Both the position numbers and the translations under genes were made by a program. A stretch of 63,913 bases of DNA, filler included, from Choristocarpus tenellus KU-1152 (taxonomy: Eukaryota; Protista; Phaeophyceae), in NCBI GenBank assembly GCA_964200185.2. It is 9 parts of 9 records of this genome, joined end to end, with 100 filler letters (N's around TTAATTAATTAA, not from the genome) between each part and the next. Parts side by side here need not be neighbours in the genome. Positions count along the whole stretch, not along the records: positions 1 to 21,414 come from CAXNAD020000346.1; positions 21,515 to 29,840 come from CAXNAD020004855.1; 7 more parts are not named here. One strand, given 5' to 3'. Shown here one piece after another: positions 15,101 to 28,801 of the stretch. The stretch's first letter is position 1. Every line of letters starts with the position of its first letter. Under the pieces are notes generated by a model. It saw nothing but the letters and a program-made list of their open reading frames with translations. It was not told the origin of the DNA and made no database searches.

Positions 15101-18100
15101 TTTGGCCAGGACAAAGGCCTGGTGAACCAACTAGTGCAGTGCAAGGATGGCAATGTTGCAAGAAAGGAATCACCTCAGGGAGGAGTTGATAGAGCCCCCC
15201 ATGTATGTGGAGGGGGTCAGGAACAAGCTCAGTCTAGGGGACAGGATCAGGTTCAGGTTCAGACATCAATTCAGCTCCATGATACTCAGGCCACCCAGGG
15301 TAATTCCCAAGCTGATCAGCCTCAAGCCAATACCTACGCTCAGACACAGGGTAGGCCTCAGGATCTGACTTTGGCTCAGTCTCTGACTCCGAGAGCCATT
15401 CAGGCACACATAATCGATCAAATGTACCCATCACATGCCCACTTTCAAGCGAAGGTTGATCAGTCCAAAGCCAAAGCACCTACCCCCATCATGGGTCAGG
15501 GTCAGGTTTATCATCAAGATATGGGTCAGATGCAGTCTTCTGAGACCACTCTGGCTACTCTGACCACTAAAACAACCCAGGGATATGGGCAGGCTCCAGT
15601 GCATTCTGTGCATTCTCAGGATCGGTCACAGGTGGTTCAGCTCAAGACCAATGCCCATACCCTCGCCCAGGGTCAGACTCAGGCTCAGGCTATGGCAACG
15701 GCTCAATTCCAACCTCAAGAAGCTACTCAGGCTCATCCTATTGCAACAACTCAGTTTCAGAATCAAAAGGTCACTCCGGTTCAGACTATGGCAATGGCTC
15801 AGTTTCAGACTCAAAAGGCTACTCAGGCTCACGCAATGCTTCAGGTACGTCCACATCTTCAGGGTCAGTCACAGGTCAGGCAACCCCAGGCCAATTTCCT
15901 AAATCACACTCAGACTCGGTCTCAGATTCAGACACAGGTGACTCACACTCCTTCAAAGGCTCGTATACTTCCCATTCCATCCCAGGCTCTGTCCATTGTT
16001 GGCCAGCCCCTGGCCAATGTACTTACCCACAATGTGGATCAGGTTCATGCAAAGGCTAAGGTGCATTTCACTCATGCCCAGGGTCACCCACAGGTTGGTC
16101 AGACCCAGGATAACACCCTTTCCCACACCAAGGGTCACACTAATGCTGCACCTAAGTCTCAGGCTCAGAACCAGGGTGCTCAGATACCTAAAGCCCATGT
16201 CAAGGACAAGGGTCATTCTCAAGTTTGTTATTCTCAGGCTGACAATCACACTCAAGCTGAGGGCCAGGCTCAAGCTCAGAGTAATCCGTTGCAGTATGGG
16301 CAAGGGAAGCGTGACATTCATGGCAGTCAATCACAGGGCCATCATAAGGGTCAGCCAGGAGGCCCTGCCCAAAGCAGGTCGGATTCCCAGGGAGAGAAAC
16401 ATGTCTCTGGCGTCATTCACAATGGTGGTGGGGTGGGTGGTAGCAGAGGAGGAGATGGATGTGCTCGAGGGCCACCAGGGATGGGATACAGGACGCTTGC
16501 AGGCTACCCCTACAAATTTCCACATTCTTTGCCTCCACACAGTCCACATAACATATCGACGTGAGTGCTGCAAGTTGTTTGTGAGTGTGTTTGTGCCTGA
16601 AACCCACCTACCTACCAGTGTTGTATGTGCTGGTTGCAGGTATAATGAAAGAGATGATGTGAGTGCATCTGATGAGTGTTGATATGTGAATGGTGTATTT
16701 GTGAGCCAAAGTAAACGAGAGGTACCCAGGTATTGGTCGTTTCTCATTTTTTAAGTCAGGTTTTTAATCTTTCTTGCAATTCACCCATGCTTTATTTCTA
16801 TAGATGAAGTTCTAAATTTGACTTGAAAACATCGATTTCTCTATTGTTTGAAGAATTTCGACACAATTCATAAAATTTCCTACACGCTTTTGTAAGAGTA
16901 GATGATATTTTCACTTATTTGTCAGTATCCTTAAAATGCAACTCTGGGTACCTCTCGCTTGCTTTGACTCTGTGGTTTATGTTTGTGCTAAATACACCAC
17001 AACTGTAGGATATTTTCAGCTACTAAATGGTCATCTGCGCCTAACTGTTTTTATTGCTGGCATGCGTTGAGGTTATATTTTGTATTTTTTACAGTACTTG
17101 AAAATCTTCTGGCTTGGGTTTTCCTTGAATCAGCTTGTGATCATATTGAGTGCGCGAATAGATTCTGTTCCCAAGCGAAATAATATGTTTCATAGCCTGC
17201 AAGACTTGAAGTTGTGTGAATGAGACCTTATACAACAAGTCACACTTTCTCCTAAATGTAGTAGAAATTGGCTTGATATTTGCTGTGTTTAAAACTTGAT
17301 CTTATGGGCAGGTGACTACAACTTTAGTGATATCCAAGCCCTCCACTCTTGTATGTAGAGCTCTTCTAGTGTCTTGGGCAAAGCTCTTAGTCCTCTGAAA
17401 AGAACTGTGTTGAGAAGTAGTCATTTGGGTAGATGTACTTGATCAATATTTGTACATGAGATGACACAAGCCTCTAGCAAGGGAGGATGGGGGGCGAAGA
17501 AAGGTTTCAAAACATTGTTTCTGGAAATTTTGCAAACATGATATGGAATGAGACTGTTTAAACAGTTTCAAACATTGCTTTTCAATGTTGCATGTGCATT
17601 GCCATCGGCATCAACAATTGCAGGTTGGAGTTGGGACTAGGGAGATTTTTTGTTTGTGTAGAATATGTGCCGATTACTGGAGATGAGGTAAGGATCAGGC
17701 TTTGTGCGAAGTGGTGCAGCGCCTAAGCAAATGAGGAGTAATTTTGTTCTAATTGTATATTTTCATTCATTAGTTTCCTAGTATTGTTGTGTGCGGTCAG
17801 GTAGCCTCATGTACTTCAGCTAGTTGACATCAAAGTGACTTCTTTTCAACCCCTTTTGAACATTCTAGTCAAAGTTGAGTGAGCACAAATCACTACAGAG
17901 CGCCAAATTTTGTCTCTGACCCAAGAGTTGCATTGCACATATAGCCCCCCCCCTTCCCAAGTCCTTCCATTAATAGCTTGTGTAATGTTGTGTATTCGGT
18001 GCGTTGTGGTCTATGGTGCTTCTGCAGAGTACAGTAGTGTTTGTGGTGCTTGTGATAAAGGGCTAAAAGTAGTGAAATATAATGTAGTTGGTATGGCAGC

Positions 18101-20315
18101 ATCTGCATGTGAGTATATTACAGTATTGAATGTTGTCTTGAAAAGTGAGTCGTTCATGAAGAGCTTTTCAGAAGTCTTACTTGAGACTTGGACACAGGAG
18201 TATTGTAGTGCAGCATGGCTGTAAGGGAAAGGTCTATTTAAAGAAAAGCTGTTATGGAACATACATCTTGCTGCACAGTTGTGGTGCCATTCAGAAGGGA
18301 AAAACAATGGAGAATGAGGGTACACTCTGTGTTTTATTGTTGTTGGGGAAAGGGAAGAATTGATTGAGGTGTCATAGTTGCTGCCCTGCAATAGCACACA
18401 AAGGGTGTGGCCGCCTTTTTTTGTTTAGGTTTGAACTTTTGTTGTCGTTGGGAGGTGACATTCATCATTCGTTTTATTTTGCAAGAGATGGCACAGCTGA
18501 AACATATTGTACAAAGAGAATACTTGTGGAACAGGTATAACTACTGTGATGAAATCATTGTTGTCTTTTTTTCCCGCAGTATTTCTTAGGTTAGTATAGT
18601 TGAAAAACCATGACTCCTCTTACAACTGTTTGTCATCCCCCCCCACCCTAAATCCAAATAACTCATTTATGAAGGATAAATTTCATGTCCTTTTTCTGCG
18701 CCGTCCACCACATACTGGTGCATCTCGCTGTGGCTTCCCTTGCCAATTTGAAAGTCTGAAATCTCTAACATAGAACTTCAAACCCAATCTCTCTCTCTTT
18801 GGTAGGTACAATGGCCTGGTGTCCCAGCAGTGGCAACAGTATTCCCATCAAAACTCTTTGTCAGTCCCACCCGCCATACCATCACCTCCCAACTCCTTCC
18901 CTAGGTCCTTTGCTCGATTTGGCTATGGGCCTCATGTGGGGAGTGGAGTTGCGTATGGGTCTTACTTCCATTCGGGCATGTTTATGTATCCCTCAGCACA
19001 GAACCCACGACCTTTTTCACATCATCAAATATCCCCCCGGGGAAGCTATCTTGGTCCCAGTTACCCGCTGGGTAGTGGGAGTGGGTGTGTTCAGCCTCCA
19101 GTAGGCAGTGTGGTTATGAGTCAAGCCGGGGGTGGACCCCATATTAGTAATGAGACTGGTAGCAGTGCTGATGGCAGTGCTGGTGGTGGACGGAAAGAAG
19201 AAAGAGGAAACGTCTGGCATGGTAGCAGTGGGTCAAGTGAAAAGAATGGTGGGAAACAGGTGGCACAGTTTCCAGTGAACCTAAAGGGTACCAAGGGACG
19301 TGGGGCGGAACACGAGTGTATCACAGGCTCTGAAAACCTTGTGCCGTCTACTGCCAAAGAGGTCAGGGTGGGCAGGGGCCAGAGTGCAGAACAGGTAAAA
19401 AGGGCTGTGTTCGCCTCATTGGTTGGCTTCTCATGGGAGGAGAGTATATATTTATAGGATATTGACTAAGAAGGTGGGGGATGGGGATAGGTGAGGGATT
19501 TCTTCAGCAAAATAATAATTGAAATGTTACAAGTTAGGACTGTTATTGAACCTGCCATCAATACTATTATTCCTAGAGTTTGCATTGATACAGGGCTGCG
19601 CCATGCTTGCTCAGCTTGTCAAGTTGTCGAACTTGTTGAGATATTCCCACTAAACAATAACTGGACTTTGGGGAAGCTGAGTGTTTTGATTTCTCAAAAA
19701 TGTTCCGTTATCTACCTCTTTTGCCCAGATACTCCATCATTTTCACGAGGATATTCTAGTACATTCTCCGGCAAGCTATGTCAAGTATCTTTGTACATTG
19801 GATTGAGGTCACAAAAATAGTGTATTAATAGAATTTGATGAATCTTCTGTGCCCCCCCCTTATTGCTTGCATATACACATCAACCATACCTCTTCCCTCA
19901 ATTTTTGCAGGGCTCATGTTCCCACAGCAGGGCAAGGGTCGAAAGCTACCCTCATCTAGACACAGAGGCCAATCTTTCCAACTCCAGAAAGGACACATCA
20001 TGTTGTAATTTGGCATGCAGTGCTGGAAACATTTGCCCTGACCTAGGCTTGGAAAAGAAGAAGCGTGATGAATGCAGTGATGGAAATAGCACGGGTGCTA
20101 TCACAATCAGAGAAGAAGATGGGGTGCCAGGGGAGGAGGACAGGATGCTTGGCGAGGGGAAATGTGAGGGTCCAAAGGTGGACTGTGCTCAGGAACAAGA
20201 AGCTCCCTGCCCTTCCCACAGTGTGATCCCAGAAGGAGACCAGAGTGGCAGCGATTCGATGGGGGTGTCAACTGGGGTTGTTTTGCTAGATGGAGAACCT
20301 TCTGAGAGGAGGTGA
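7081..20315 (+). CDS. Multi-exon PWWP-domain protein with long Q/A/H-rich low-complexity region (putative chromatin reader); 5' end unresolved
   Basis: Phase-consistent exons: ~7081-7512, 8065-8126, 8823-8876, 10043-10190, 11284-11490, 12173-12370, 13143-13990, 14986-16560, 18806-19394, 19911-~20315. A PWWP-like pattern is split over three exons: IVLARCRRKSQTMWPARV / CLVVFL..TDWV..IRPY / FIAAEAWA. Confidence 0.65.
7990..8047 (+). repeat. Degenerate interstitial telomere-like (TTAGGG) tract
   Basis: GGTTAGGGGTAAGGTTTAGGGTCAAGGTTAGGGG..GGTTAGGG. Short perfect tracts also occur at 49830-49848, 51689-51709 and 52916-52938. Confidence 0.75.
9052..9128 (+). repeat. (TAC)n microsatellite
   Basis: Direct reading. 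Confidence 0.95.
11789..12046 (+). mobile_element. MITE subfamily A, full copy in an intron of the PWWP gene
   Basis: GAGCTAACGTATCTTAGAGGG ... CCCTCTAAGATACTTTCACTC, with a 4-bp TSD AACA. Confidence 0.9.
16703..16970. mobile_element. MITE subfamily C (same termini, unrelated interior)
   Basis: 27-bp TIR: GAGCCAAAGTAAACGAGAGGTACCCAG / CTGGGTACCTCTCGCTTGCTTTGACTC. Flanks TGT/TGT. Confidence 0.85.
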
Positions 20316-21370
20316 AACCAGCATTATGAGTGCCAGGCACATAGTACTGGGAGTGAGGTGCAGGAGCGGGGGCTGTGTCTTCATAATGAAATCGTGTAGT
20401 CAAAATGCTCCAGTACATGTGTGAGGAGGCTATGTATAGGATTAAGAGTTGGGACTGTTTTTTTTTGGGGTGAATGTCAATTAGTTCCATATCTTCTTTG
20501 GGTTATATGTCACTAATGGATCCCTTGCCCCAATCTCCACCCTGACTCATCTATCCGCTTGTTTGTTTGCATTTGGAAAATTACTGAAAGCGCCAAGTGC
20601 GACCACCACAGTTGCCAAAATTTGGCCACCTATGGCTTCCTTCTGCCTCGACTCTGTGGCCTCCACCGGCAAGAGAGGGTGGGTGGATATCCCTAGCAGT
20701 GACGCATTCCGATGATTTTAAGGAGGGAGGAAGGTTTAATTGTCAATCACTCTGTATTTCAGGGCCAATACAAATTATTTGTCTTTATTTGGGCTGGTAC
20801 AGTGGTTTACCCACTTCTCCAGCAAGCTCATGGAGTTGAAGAAATGATCGAGACCTGATCACTCATAATCATTATCACTGGTTGTTTTATACTGCTTTTG
20901 TGGCAGCAATGGAACCTTTCTCCTAATTGGTGATATACTTTCATTGTGGTACTCGGCAGTAAACCAAATGTAAAATTGTAAAGCAATCTATAATCTGATT
21001 TCAAGTGATCTCCATTTGTTTACCTTTGACTTTTCCCTTTTTATCATAATTTTACGTTTCCAAACTCTGGGAACTAAACTTATTTCATGGACAACTTGTC
21101 CTTCACAGTGCTACAGAGTGCCATCAGATTTTGATACACATAAATCTGTGCTAATCAACTGTTTATCATTCCTAACTCTGGTCTATAGTCATTGTGTACC
21201 TTCCACACCTCGTCTCAACACCAGGAATTTTCAGCCCAAGCACAACCCTACTCCTGCTATTTTTGAACTGTCTTCAACTAGTTGCTGCATTGACCCTCAG
21301 TGTTGACTGAGGGGGGAGGGAAAGAAATAGGGGCAACTATCCTCTCTCATCTACCATATGTTTTTATTGT

Positions 21371-21414
21371 GAGTCAAAGTATCTTAGAGGGTAGAGCCGC
21401 GTCCATTTGGGGGT
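21371..21414 (+). mobile_element. MITE A left end at contig break
   Basis: GAGTCAAAGTATCTTAGAGGGTAGAGCCGCGTCC runs into the gap. Confidence 0.85.
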
Positions 21415-21514
21415 NNNNNNNNNNNNNNNNNNNNNNNNNNNNNNNNNNNNNNNNNNNNTTAATTAATTAANNNNNNNNNNNNNNNNNNNNNNNNNNNNNN
21501 NNNNNNNNNNNNNN
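21415..21514. other. Artificial contig linker N44-TTAATTAATTAA-N44
   Basis: The identical 100-nt spacer, with stops in all six frames, also occurs at 29841, 43286, 46088, 50249, 53749, 58552 and 61313. Sequences on either side are not necessarily genomic neighbours. Confidence 0.98.
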
Positions 21515-24500
21515 TAAACACACTTTTCCTTATTTTGACCCAAATGGACACCCTGGTGTAGACCCCTCCCCCCCCCGAAATACTTTGGCTCTTACCCAGA
21601 CTAACTACATTGACAACTTGTGCAGACGTTTTCCCATCCAATCAACCACCCCCATCCCTGCAACCCCGTCCAGAAAGCTTGGAAATAGGGAGGGGGACAA
21701 TCCTTTAAAGTATTGTCCCCTTCCGAGAGGCAGTTGGAGGGTTGATGTGGGTCAGCAACATGACCAGGCTAGATGTGGCTAATGCAGTAAGAGCTGTTAC
21801 CCGTCATTCGCATGCTCCGAGTCAAGTACATTGGAGAGCTGTGACCCCGATCCTCAAGTATCTCAATGCACCAATTCCCAATCCATACATACATCTGTGA
21901 CTAAAGCCAGAACCATTCTCAGCAGCACATGCAAAGGCGTTGGGGCAATGGTGCCATGGAAACTCCAATCTCTCAATCTGATGGAAACATTTTGCTAACA
22001 AACACTCCTTGTATGTGTATCTCAATACCTCCCCAGAATTGTAACTTTTTCTTTGTGTGAATCCACTTTGCATAAATTACTCCGCATCTACAGGATAACA
22101 GTCCTCCACTAAATTTCATTTAACAAATCAGATATGTACCTTGATAACACAACTCACGCTCAGGGAACTAACTGGTGCCTTGATAGTCTTGTGTTCAGGG
22201 GGAAATCCATTAGATAATACCCTTGAACGAACGGTAGGATTGTATACACACAAAACAAAAAACAAGGTCACACTCGATAGAGAAACCAGACAAAAACACT
22301 TCAAAAAATGCTGATACTACGTAAAAAAAATCTCTTCCACACTCCGAAAAGGATTTGCACTACCACCAGACCTGGTAAGATACTGCAGAACAATATTATC
22401 GTTGTTGCCTCCCTTGTCCAGTCACTGGAACTTTATATTTTTCCTGTATTTTCTTTCCTCCTCATTGTCCTCCTCTGTCTTACTGTTGATGAGAGTTGTG
22501 GTATCTAAAACAGTACTCCGTGCCATGTCAAACTATATCCATTTTGCAAATAAGTTTCTAGGAAGGAAAGAAGGCTCAAAAAGAGCTCCACAATCTGTGT
22601 GCCCTCGACCGGTGGTGCGAAACGTTTGATAATCCAAGCAAACCTGTATGCTATATCTGTGAATATATATCGTACTGGCTGTTGCCACCTAAGAGTTACA
22701 GAAGAAATTGACCCAGAGGTTGGGAAGGGCAGAACTGTTGCCACCAATTTAAGGTAATTGCAAGTTAATGAGTCCACGTTCACACCAATTTGGAGAACAT
22801 CACTGAAAAAATTGAACGGGAGATAAGGAAGGAGTTCCCCTTACTTCAACCACCTTGCTTCAGTCACTGAAATGAAAGATGGGGCAGGAGATAAGCCCAA
22901 CTCCAACCATCTGGGACCTCTAAAAATATTCTTAACTGGAATTCCTTTTGACAAGAAAAATGTGGAAAAGACTACAAACAAATCTCCAACTTTTTTCTCG
23001 TTTCGCTCCTCAGGAACCACCCACAGCAACGGCTCAACATGCCTTTCAAGTGCTTGTGCAATGAGGAATGAGCTTAAACTAAGGGTGGCTCAAGGTAAGA
23101 CGAAATCAACTAAGTCAATGAACACAAGTTCACTTGAGTGTATCGTACGATCTCAAGCCCCTTATTCCTGCGTTGTGCCTTGCCCCTCACCTCCAATGTC
23201 AGGGGGTCATTATCCTGGGCTACAATAGACCAGATGTAGCATCTAACAAGATCTGTGTGGTCCTACGTAAGCACATCAGGAAGCAGGCTAGGATGGTCGA
23301 AGCGACACTCTGCACCAATCGCTCAACCACGGGCAGAGGTCCTCACTACGACGTTATCTAGCAGTTCAACTGACAGTGGCACATGTGGCAAGACGGTGTT
23401 GTCGTCTTCATCAAGTATACAGATTCTGGACAGTTTCATGCAGGACGCCATTTTGCCTCTTCAATTGAGGAATCGAGTCTCGAGTTTCGTGTATGCAGCT
23501 CAGCTACGCAGGATGTACTCATTTCTGTGAGTAGATGGTACTATGTAAACTCCTCTTGGTGTTGGTCCTCGTGTCATATTGATGCAGTAGTACTCCACCC
23601 CCCAACACTAGCACACACTCTCCTGCCCCGACCTCTCTCCAGTAAGAAGCTGGTACGAGATGCGAGGGTTGAGCTAAGGAATAAGTTCTTGACTCCTCTG
23701 ACGCACTGATCAGGAGGACTTCCAACTACATCACGTCCTCCTCCTCAGGCCCTGCTGATGATATGGGAGGGCTACTTCATCCTGTTCTCTCCTCGGTGTA
23801 GAGAAAGCTTGCTTAACCCACCTTGCTGCATGTATTTAACACCCTCTCAACTTCCCACCAGCAGGGATGACATGGTCCAATGAGACACATCTTATGCTGG
23901 GAGCTGTGCAAAGGTTCCTCCATCAGACCTGTGGCTAGCCTCAATGCATTTGCTCGAAGTGCTCAAAGTGGTCATCCCTACTAACGATGCTCTAGGACGT
24001 AGGTGCACGAGTGGTGACCCGTAGGTTGTATTTTTGCTGTTTTTCTGTGGTGGCACATGCCCTATCTTCTCAGTTACCTCAATACTTGCGTAGGTGTGCC
24101 TCAGTAATGTGTTGTAATTCGGAGTATGTATCCTATGTATATCCTAATTGGGTTCAGTCTTGTAGATAGTTAATAGATGTACGTGTTCTGGCTACTTTCC
24201 ACGAATGAATGCGAGATAGTATGGTGAAATGAGTGAAGTGGTGTGGTGAAGAGTAAAGTCGAGAGGATATGTTCACACGTCATACAAATCTCATGACTTG
24301 ACTCATATGTCCTTGCTTCACAGTTGAGTCGAATCAATTGAGAAGTAGGGAGGGTTTCATTCGAAGGATCCCGAAAAGAGCAGAAAGGCGTCATTCTGAA
24401 AAAATGTAGAAATATTCTTTGCTGAACTGTGGTGTCACTTTGTGTGTGGAGATGGGGGATACCAATTTTGCGTGGGGTCTTGTACACATGGAAAGAAATA

Positions 24501-24899
24501 ATGTATCGTACAGGGTAAGAAAAAAGGATTTGAAAGCAAATGGGTCCAAACCTGCCAACTCTCGATTGATTTGCTCAAATCAGTAGAAGAATATGTGCAC
24601 AATTTTCTGTATGTGAAGGCTGAAGGACTAGTGAAGATGGACAAATTATTTCTACCGAGGGATTTTGTACCATAAATTATGTATTTGAGGACAACTTAAC
24701 TTTGAGGAATGGTGTACAAATCCGGATTTGTCGATATATCCTTGTTGGTTCCCATGTACACATGATTTATAGATATCACTCACTATCACATCAACATGTA
24801 CAAATGATTTGTCCCTATCTGTTGAGAGAATACAGTTGTGTATCAGTGAGTTAATCCTCATCTTCACGTACTCTGGAGTATAAATCTTACCTTATTATT

Positions 24900-25175
24900 T
24901 TATAGGAATGAACAATTTGTACAATTCTTGCGTTGTGATTAAATAGGAATGAACAATCTTGTACAGATCTTATACTGTGCTTTGATAGGAAAGAAATTGT
25001 GTATTGCTGATCTGTCCCTACCTCATGCTGATCTACAAATCCTATGTTGTAATTTAATAGGAAAGAAAATTCGTGTACAAATCTTGCATTGTGGTTCAAT
25101 AGGAATGAACAATCTCGTATAAATCTGATCTTGTGACTTAGTAGGAAGAATGATCGTGTACAAATCTTATGTTGT
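24900..25175. repeat. Degenerate ~41-42-bp tandem repeat
   Basis: About six recurring ATAGGAA(T/A)GAA..GTACAAATCTT..TTGTG units. Confidence 0.7.
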
Positions 25176-26205
25176 TGAGGTTAAATATTGGAAAAAATTG
25201 TGTCCGACATATGTTAGGTCACTACTACTACAGAGGGTAGTAGTGATCAATATCTATTTAATATCTTCTCGAATGTTTTGTATTTGTAGATAGCAAATCC
25301 AGTTCGTTTGAGGTCCTAACCCTAGCCCAAAGAACCCAACACGCATTCCCTACACAAAAATTGGAGAAATTGCTTCGTGGTGAGTGAATTTCCTTCAGAT
25401 TGGTTCAGGCAGGGGGGTGGAAAAGGAAGGTGCATTCAGAGTAAGGAAATTACCCTTACATATGACAAGTTCACCAATATGACATGAAAATCACTACAGG
25501 TTCATACAGGCCTCGAATAGACACCTGAACCCCTCCTCTTTGGATACTATTGGTCATTCTATATTTTTAAGGGTGCTTTGAGGTTGGTTAGTCACCTCCC
25601 TCCTTGAAATTAATCACTCTGCAACATTTGTCAACATCCCTGTGTTTGTCGCTCCCATCTTTACATGAGTCGGGGGATACTTCTAACACAATATATTGGA
25701 CCTTAGGCTTCTAACCCGTACTCATCATGTCTTCGAATGGAGAAGGGACACCAGGCTATGGTCGGGGCCAGAGTGAGCTTCCCCTTGCTGAAGATCGTCC
25801 TGAACAACGTTCCTCTGCTGTGAATGGCCTATCTAAAAGGTGATAATGGAATTGAAGCAAGACTAAGACCATTGTTTTTAAACAGATGTTGATAGAGTCG
25901 GCAGTGAGGACACGAAATATAAAGACGAGTCAAAGTCAGCCTGAAGCCACCAGCCTCGTTTCGACCAACCCTCACACAAAAATTGACCTTCAATGCATTT
26001 TTTGGCATGTTTAAGAACAGGGTTGTCCCCCCAAGTGTTCATGCCCGGTTGTAGTGAGAATATGCCATTTACGATGTGTATGAAGGTACTCCTCACAGCC
26101 AAGAATATCGTATATATATATATAATTGTAGGAATCTCTGCCGTATCTACTACTGCTTGAGTCGCTACCACTAGCACTACTATGACGACAATGATGAAGA
26201 CTGAA

Positions 26206-26375
26206 GAGCTCAAAGTATTCTGGGGGGGGTGGTGACTGTCCATTTGGGACCTATTTTTCCATGTCAGAATTTTGGGTGATTTGGTTGCATGTGTCGGACG
26301 GATAATGTTAGTGCACTTCTCCTGATCAGGGCCCAAATGGACACTCTGATGTTGACTCCCCCCCCTCAGATACGT
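26206..26375 (+). mobile_element. MITE subfamily B (poly-G/poly-C subterminal tracts), near-complete copy
   Basis: GAGCTCAAAGTATTCTGGGGGG ... CCCCCTCAGATAC. The interior GGGTGATTTGGTTGCAT..CCAAATGGACAC is shared with partial copies at 1-310, 21515-21591, 29751-29840, 50150-50248, 53622-53748 and 58303-58381. Matching TIR/poly-C ends occur at 58652-58690 and 61413-61481. Confidence 0.75.
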
Positions 26376-28801
26376 CCATTGTAGACACATCTACCCCTTA
26401 TGTTGTCGTCCTTCAGCACTTATTGGTCGAGGGGTTAGGCTTGCTCGTTCCACTGGTACTACTATCGTTGCTGTACTGCCGAAGTAGTATTTTTTCCATT
26501 TTTTGTCCCATATTTTTGGTATTGATATCCTCCATGTGCGGTCAATTCTTGAAGCACTATTACCACTTCCCGACTTTGTTGAAGAGGTCACTGTACTCAG
26601 AACATCGCGTAGTAAAGACAATGAATTGATGATGTATGTTGTTCTTTTTGATTGCTTGTATTGACAATCCATTGTAGTAGAGAGATCAGGACAACCCTCA
26701 CACTACAGAGAACCACTGTCCCCCTTCCCCTCAATTGTGTCATTAAAAGTGATCTACTTATTTCTACTAATAGTCCTTCTGCATTCTATATATATATGTG
26801 TGTGTATCTTCTCCCTGCGAGTAACCTCGGATTGTTATAGTTCTATACACACATGGGTTCGGGATTATGGTGGCATATGGGTGAGAGGGTTGAGTAAGGT
26901 GAAGAACTGTTGTTTGGTGTTGCTGTATGGTGAGTGCTTACCATGTTGTGTTGTCTTGACACAGTGGGTGGTTTGACATTGTGCGTATGGTGTTCACAAT
27001 CCACCTGTTGCTCAGAGATCAGGACAACCCCTATATAAACACGAAACAGCGTTAACCTCCCCACCCCCCTCCTTCCTTGTGACATAGATGTTACTACTCC
27101 TATGGAGCACTACTATAAGTGGTCGTTAAATATAAAAAATCCTTCGTTGGAGTTACCTTAGATTTTTCTCGTAGCTGCATACATGTAGTTGTGATTTTGG
27201 TAGCATAAGAGTGAGTAAGGCGATTTAGATGAGGAATGTGAGGGAGTGTTATTTGTTATTTCTGTTGTTGCTGTGTGGTGAGTGCCTGTTTTCAATTATG
27301 TTGAATCAACACAGTTGACAGCGAGAGGTTTGACATTGTAGATCTCTTCTACATCACATCCCTTCTCTACTATGGTACTTTCATTACAAGTTCTCTTCCT
27401 TTTCTGTAAGGACAACCATAACACTAGTGTTCCGAATACTGACTTTACTCAATATACATTACTACGTTCATCACTCAAAACCTCACCACTACTACTTGTA
27501 CTGCATAGATACTAAAGTGAAGAACATTTAACATAAATAGTAGGTAGTACCATTGACAACCACAAACAACTCTAGTAGATAGGGAGGAGGAAAAGAGGAA
27601 GAACATTTAATTATCATAATCACCTATATGTGAGGCGGCCAACATATTTTGTGGTGGAAAGCAATAGAACGAGCATTAAGAGCAACGGCAAAGTAACACA
27701 CATCAACAAACAACATAGGGGATCATGAAAAAACAAAGAGACAACAGGCACTATCATTGCCACAGTGATACCTACAGCACACCTTAGAATGTGAACCGAC
27801 CACATACACAGGCACACACACACACACACAGTGTCATATCAGCCCTCATTTTAACCAGCTCCTCACCAGCCACAAATTATAGAGTGAATGAGAAAATCCC
27901 ACTATTGATCTCTCTAACGGAACGGAATGGCAAACAAAACTCAAGCTCTACAAAATACAACCCTGAGTTCCAATGGGCGACACTGAACTCAAAAGATCCC
28001 TCTGTTTGAAGTTCTGACGTAGAAAGTAAATTTGTCGTTTGAGATGGAATGCACACAATTTAAGGTCTGTTGGTCATAAATTGTTGACTTATTCTGCAAC
28101 TCTATAGTTAAGTACATTTCTCATGACATGTCGTAGTAGCATGGTATCTTTAGTACTACTTGACGCAATAAACCACTATTCAATATTGTAATTCTAACCA
28201 TATTTTGTCTCAATTTCATTTTCCTTTCCTGCTCTGTTAGGGTTGCTGAACGCTTGCGTGTGATATTCACCTGGCATCTATTGGTGTGAGATGGTGGAGG
28301 CATCCTCTTCAACTTTAACATGAAACGATATATTCTACTCGCGGACATAATGTTTCTCACATAAGTGTAGGATTATGAATCCAAATAGGGGCCTTCAATC
28401 TAGACCTACCAAAGCACAGATATGAAAGAGAAAGTAAAATATGCATGCCGTTCAGAAAAAACTTGGGTCATACATGATTGAACAGTTGGAAAAAAAAATC
28501 ATTACACCAAAGATGGGCAAGAAAAAAATCATTTTGATTTATGTTTTTACAAAAACAGATATGCCCTGGCTGTTCTTTGATTAAAAAAAAACAGCTGTGG
28601 GTAAGTCAAGATCAGAAATCAGCTATACCAACACAAATAAACTTACTCAGACTCTCCAACCATGACCCAGAAGTAGCAAAATACCTTTCATAATGTTTCT
28701 AATAACTAACTTTACCAACGAAATACGGCTTCAATATTGTGGCACTTGCGCACCTCAAAAGTGTACAGTAAAAACGGCATCCTATCACCCTCTATTAAGT
28801 A

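Noticed and set aside
15147-16747. Multiple overlapping alternative-frame and antisense ORFs
   Set aside because: They are shadows of the low-complexity Q-rich exon.
21459-21470. Palindromic TTAATTAATTAA recurring eight times
   Set aside because: It is always centred in identical N runs, so it is an assembly linker. It also means gene neighbourhood across linkers is meaningless.
22870-24020. Possible LINE or endonuclease relic
   Set aside because: The composition is coding-like, but I could not identify an RT or endonuclease motif with confidence.
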